NCBI GenBank assembly: GCA_900617105.1
Contig: UYFQ01000001.1
Coordinates: 186,001 to 250,000, forward strand
Direction of reading: 5' to 3'
DNA from: Hydrurus foetidus
Lineage: Eukaryota
Length of the DNA: 64,000 bases
The translations under genes were made by a program, and so were the position numbers. Each line of letters begins with the position of its first letter. Within the stretch, counting starts at the first letter, position 1. Below the pieces are notes generated by a model. The model was given only the letters and a program-made list of their open reading frames with translations, did no database searches and had not been told where the DNA came from. Shown here one piece after another: positions 62,560 through 64,000 of the stretch.

Positions 62560-63201
62560 ATGGACATCCTTACCCTGCTTCTCGATTTCGTCTTCCACGT
62601 TGATCGCCACCTGGAAACCTTTGTCACCAACTACGGAGCGTGGGTGTATGCCCTGCTGTTTCTCATCATCTTTGTCGAAACCGGCGTCGTCGTCATGCCC
62701 TTCCTGCCCGGCGATTCTTTGCTGTTTGTGGTGGGTGCGATGTGCGGCGTGGGGCTGATGAGCTACCCCTTGAGCGTCGCCCTGCTGTTCGCCGCTGCCG
62801 TGCTGGGCAACCAATGCAACTACGCGATTGGCCGTTACCTGGGGCCCAAAGTCTTCCAGTGGGAGGATTCACGGTTTTTCAACAAGAAAGCCTTCGACCA
62901 AGCCCATGCGTTTTACGAAAAATACGGCGGCATCACCATCGTGGCCGCCCGGTTCATGCCCTTCTTGCGCACGTTTGCACCGTTTGTTGCGGGCGTTGCC
63001 AACATGACGCGCAGCAAATTCACCGCTTACGACGTGGGCGGCGGGGCACTGTGGGTGGGCGGCATCATCACCGCCGGGTACTTCATGGGCAGCATCCCGT
63101 GGGTGAAGATGAATCTGGACAAGATCATCTGGGCGATGATTTTCATACCGGGGTTGTTGATTGCGGTGGGGGCTTGGCGGGCGCGGGGGAAGAGTGCTTG
63201 A
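62560..63201 (+). CDS. dedA: DedA family membrane protein
   Basis: FVETG, PFLPGDSLLF, ARFMPFLRTFAPFVAG. Confidence 0.93.
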   Translation: MDILTLLLDFVFHVDRHLETFVTNYGAWVYALLFLIIFVETGVVVMPFLPGDSLLFVVGAMCGVGLMSYPLSVALLFAAAVLGNQCNYAIGRYLGPKVFQWEDSRFFNKKAFDQAHAFYEKYGGITIVAARFMPFLRTFAPFVAGVANMTRSKFTAYDVGGGALWVGGIITAGYFMGSIPWVKMNLDKIIWAMIFIPGLLIAVGAWRARGKSA

Positions 63202-63505
63202 GGCGAAGTGCTGCGGTGCATCCTGGCAACCCTCGTCCCGTTTTTTCGTCGCCTAGCTTAGAAATTCCAAGATAGGCGTTCAGCTACATTACTTTAGATC
63301 GCGCTTGCCGGGATCTAAACCGTTTGTTGGATGAGCCCGGGTTTGGGCGGCGGTGTCAGCCCTGCTGCAAATACCTTTTGATACCCGCCACCTCGATCCG
63401 ATCAGTGGTTCTACTGTTTCTGATCGCTACCGCTTTGCGTGCCTGGCGGCGCAGCCACAGTGGCCGCTAGAACACAAACTACTCGCATTAGCAACGGGGA
63501 GTCAG

Positions 63506-63715
63506 CTAAAGTTTTGCACCCTTCAGGGTGTTGCTGCGGGCCAGTGAAATAGCCTCGCTCAGCGTGGAGCGTTCACCGACATGATTGGACAAAATTAGCA
63601 CCAGCTTGGCCATCATGCGCTCAGCCTGGGTGTTGTCCATGTCGCGTTGGGCGTTGACCAGCTCTTCGTAAAAGCCGTCAGACTCGGGGATGTTGGGGGT
63701 CAGTATCAAACTCAT
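63506..63715 (-). CDS. DUF2783 family protein
   Basis: DGFYEELV, AKLVLILSNHVG. Confidence 0.85.
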   Translation of the reverse strand: MSLILTPNIPESDGFYEELVNAQRDMDNTQAERMMAKLVLILSNHVGERSTLSEAISLARSNTLKGAKL

Positions 63716-63730
63716 AGTCATCTCCCGTGT

Positions 63731-64000
63731 TCAAGCCAATGCCAGGCAGCGCGTCATCGCCGCCTGAACCTTGTTGCCGTCAAAGTTGCGCCAGCGAGCC
63801 GCCACGTGTTGGTCTGGACGGATCAAATACACCGTGCCGTTCTGGCCGTCGTAGCGCTCAGCGATCAGGCCCTGAACGTCAACGATGTCTGTGCCCACCT
63901 GCAGCACCTTGGCTTCTATGCCCGCAACGCTGACAGCGCTGGCGGATTTGTCACCAAAGCACAGCAAAACGAAACCCTCGCCCAGCTGGTTGAGTAGCCA
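63731..64000 (-). CDS. C-terminus of an FAD-dependent aromatic monooxygenase (runs off the window)
   Basis: VYLIRPDQHVAARW; typical neighbour of DUF2783. Confidence 0.8.
   Translation of the reverse strand, partial: WLLNQLGEGFVLLCFGDKSASAVSVAGIEAKVLQVGTDIVDVQGLIAERYDGQNGTVYLIRPDQHVAARWRNFDGNKVQAAMTRCLALA

Noticed and set aside
1..64000. CRISPR array, tRNA or rRNA genes
   Set aside because: No regularly spaced repeat-spacer units or recognisable structural RNA genes found by eye

Overview
A GC-rich betaproteobacterial chromosome segment; gene content and order resemble Comamonadaceae (Rhodoferax-like, by inference). The housekeeping backbone (trmB, htpX, gluQ, queC, miaA, mutL, dedA) is interrupted by accessory blocks. 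These are a Bug/GMC/LysR catabolic unit, a 9-kb patchwork between queC and an acyl-CoA thioesterase, an 18-kb nicotinamide/nicotinate catabolic cluster (PncA, NicAB, Hnr, enamidase, ABC importer), a c-di-GMP/sensor kinase trio, and a decayed toxin-antitoxin/IS4 hotspot before miaA. Two signals stand out. (1) An intact IS621-like IS110 element (23030-24310, minus strand) whose bridge RNA can be read directly: four guides match its own donor junction and insertion site, circularisation creates a 17-bp-spaced promoter, and the recombinase stop codon comes from the target. (2) A dispersed ~50-bp spacing-conserved motif (GCTAY-N7-RTAGC-N7-GC-N11-GC) present at least 14 times, mostly inside coding sequences, which no annotated feature explains.
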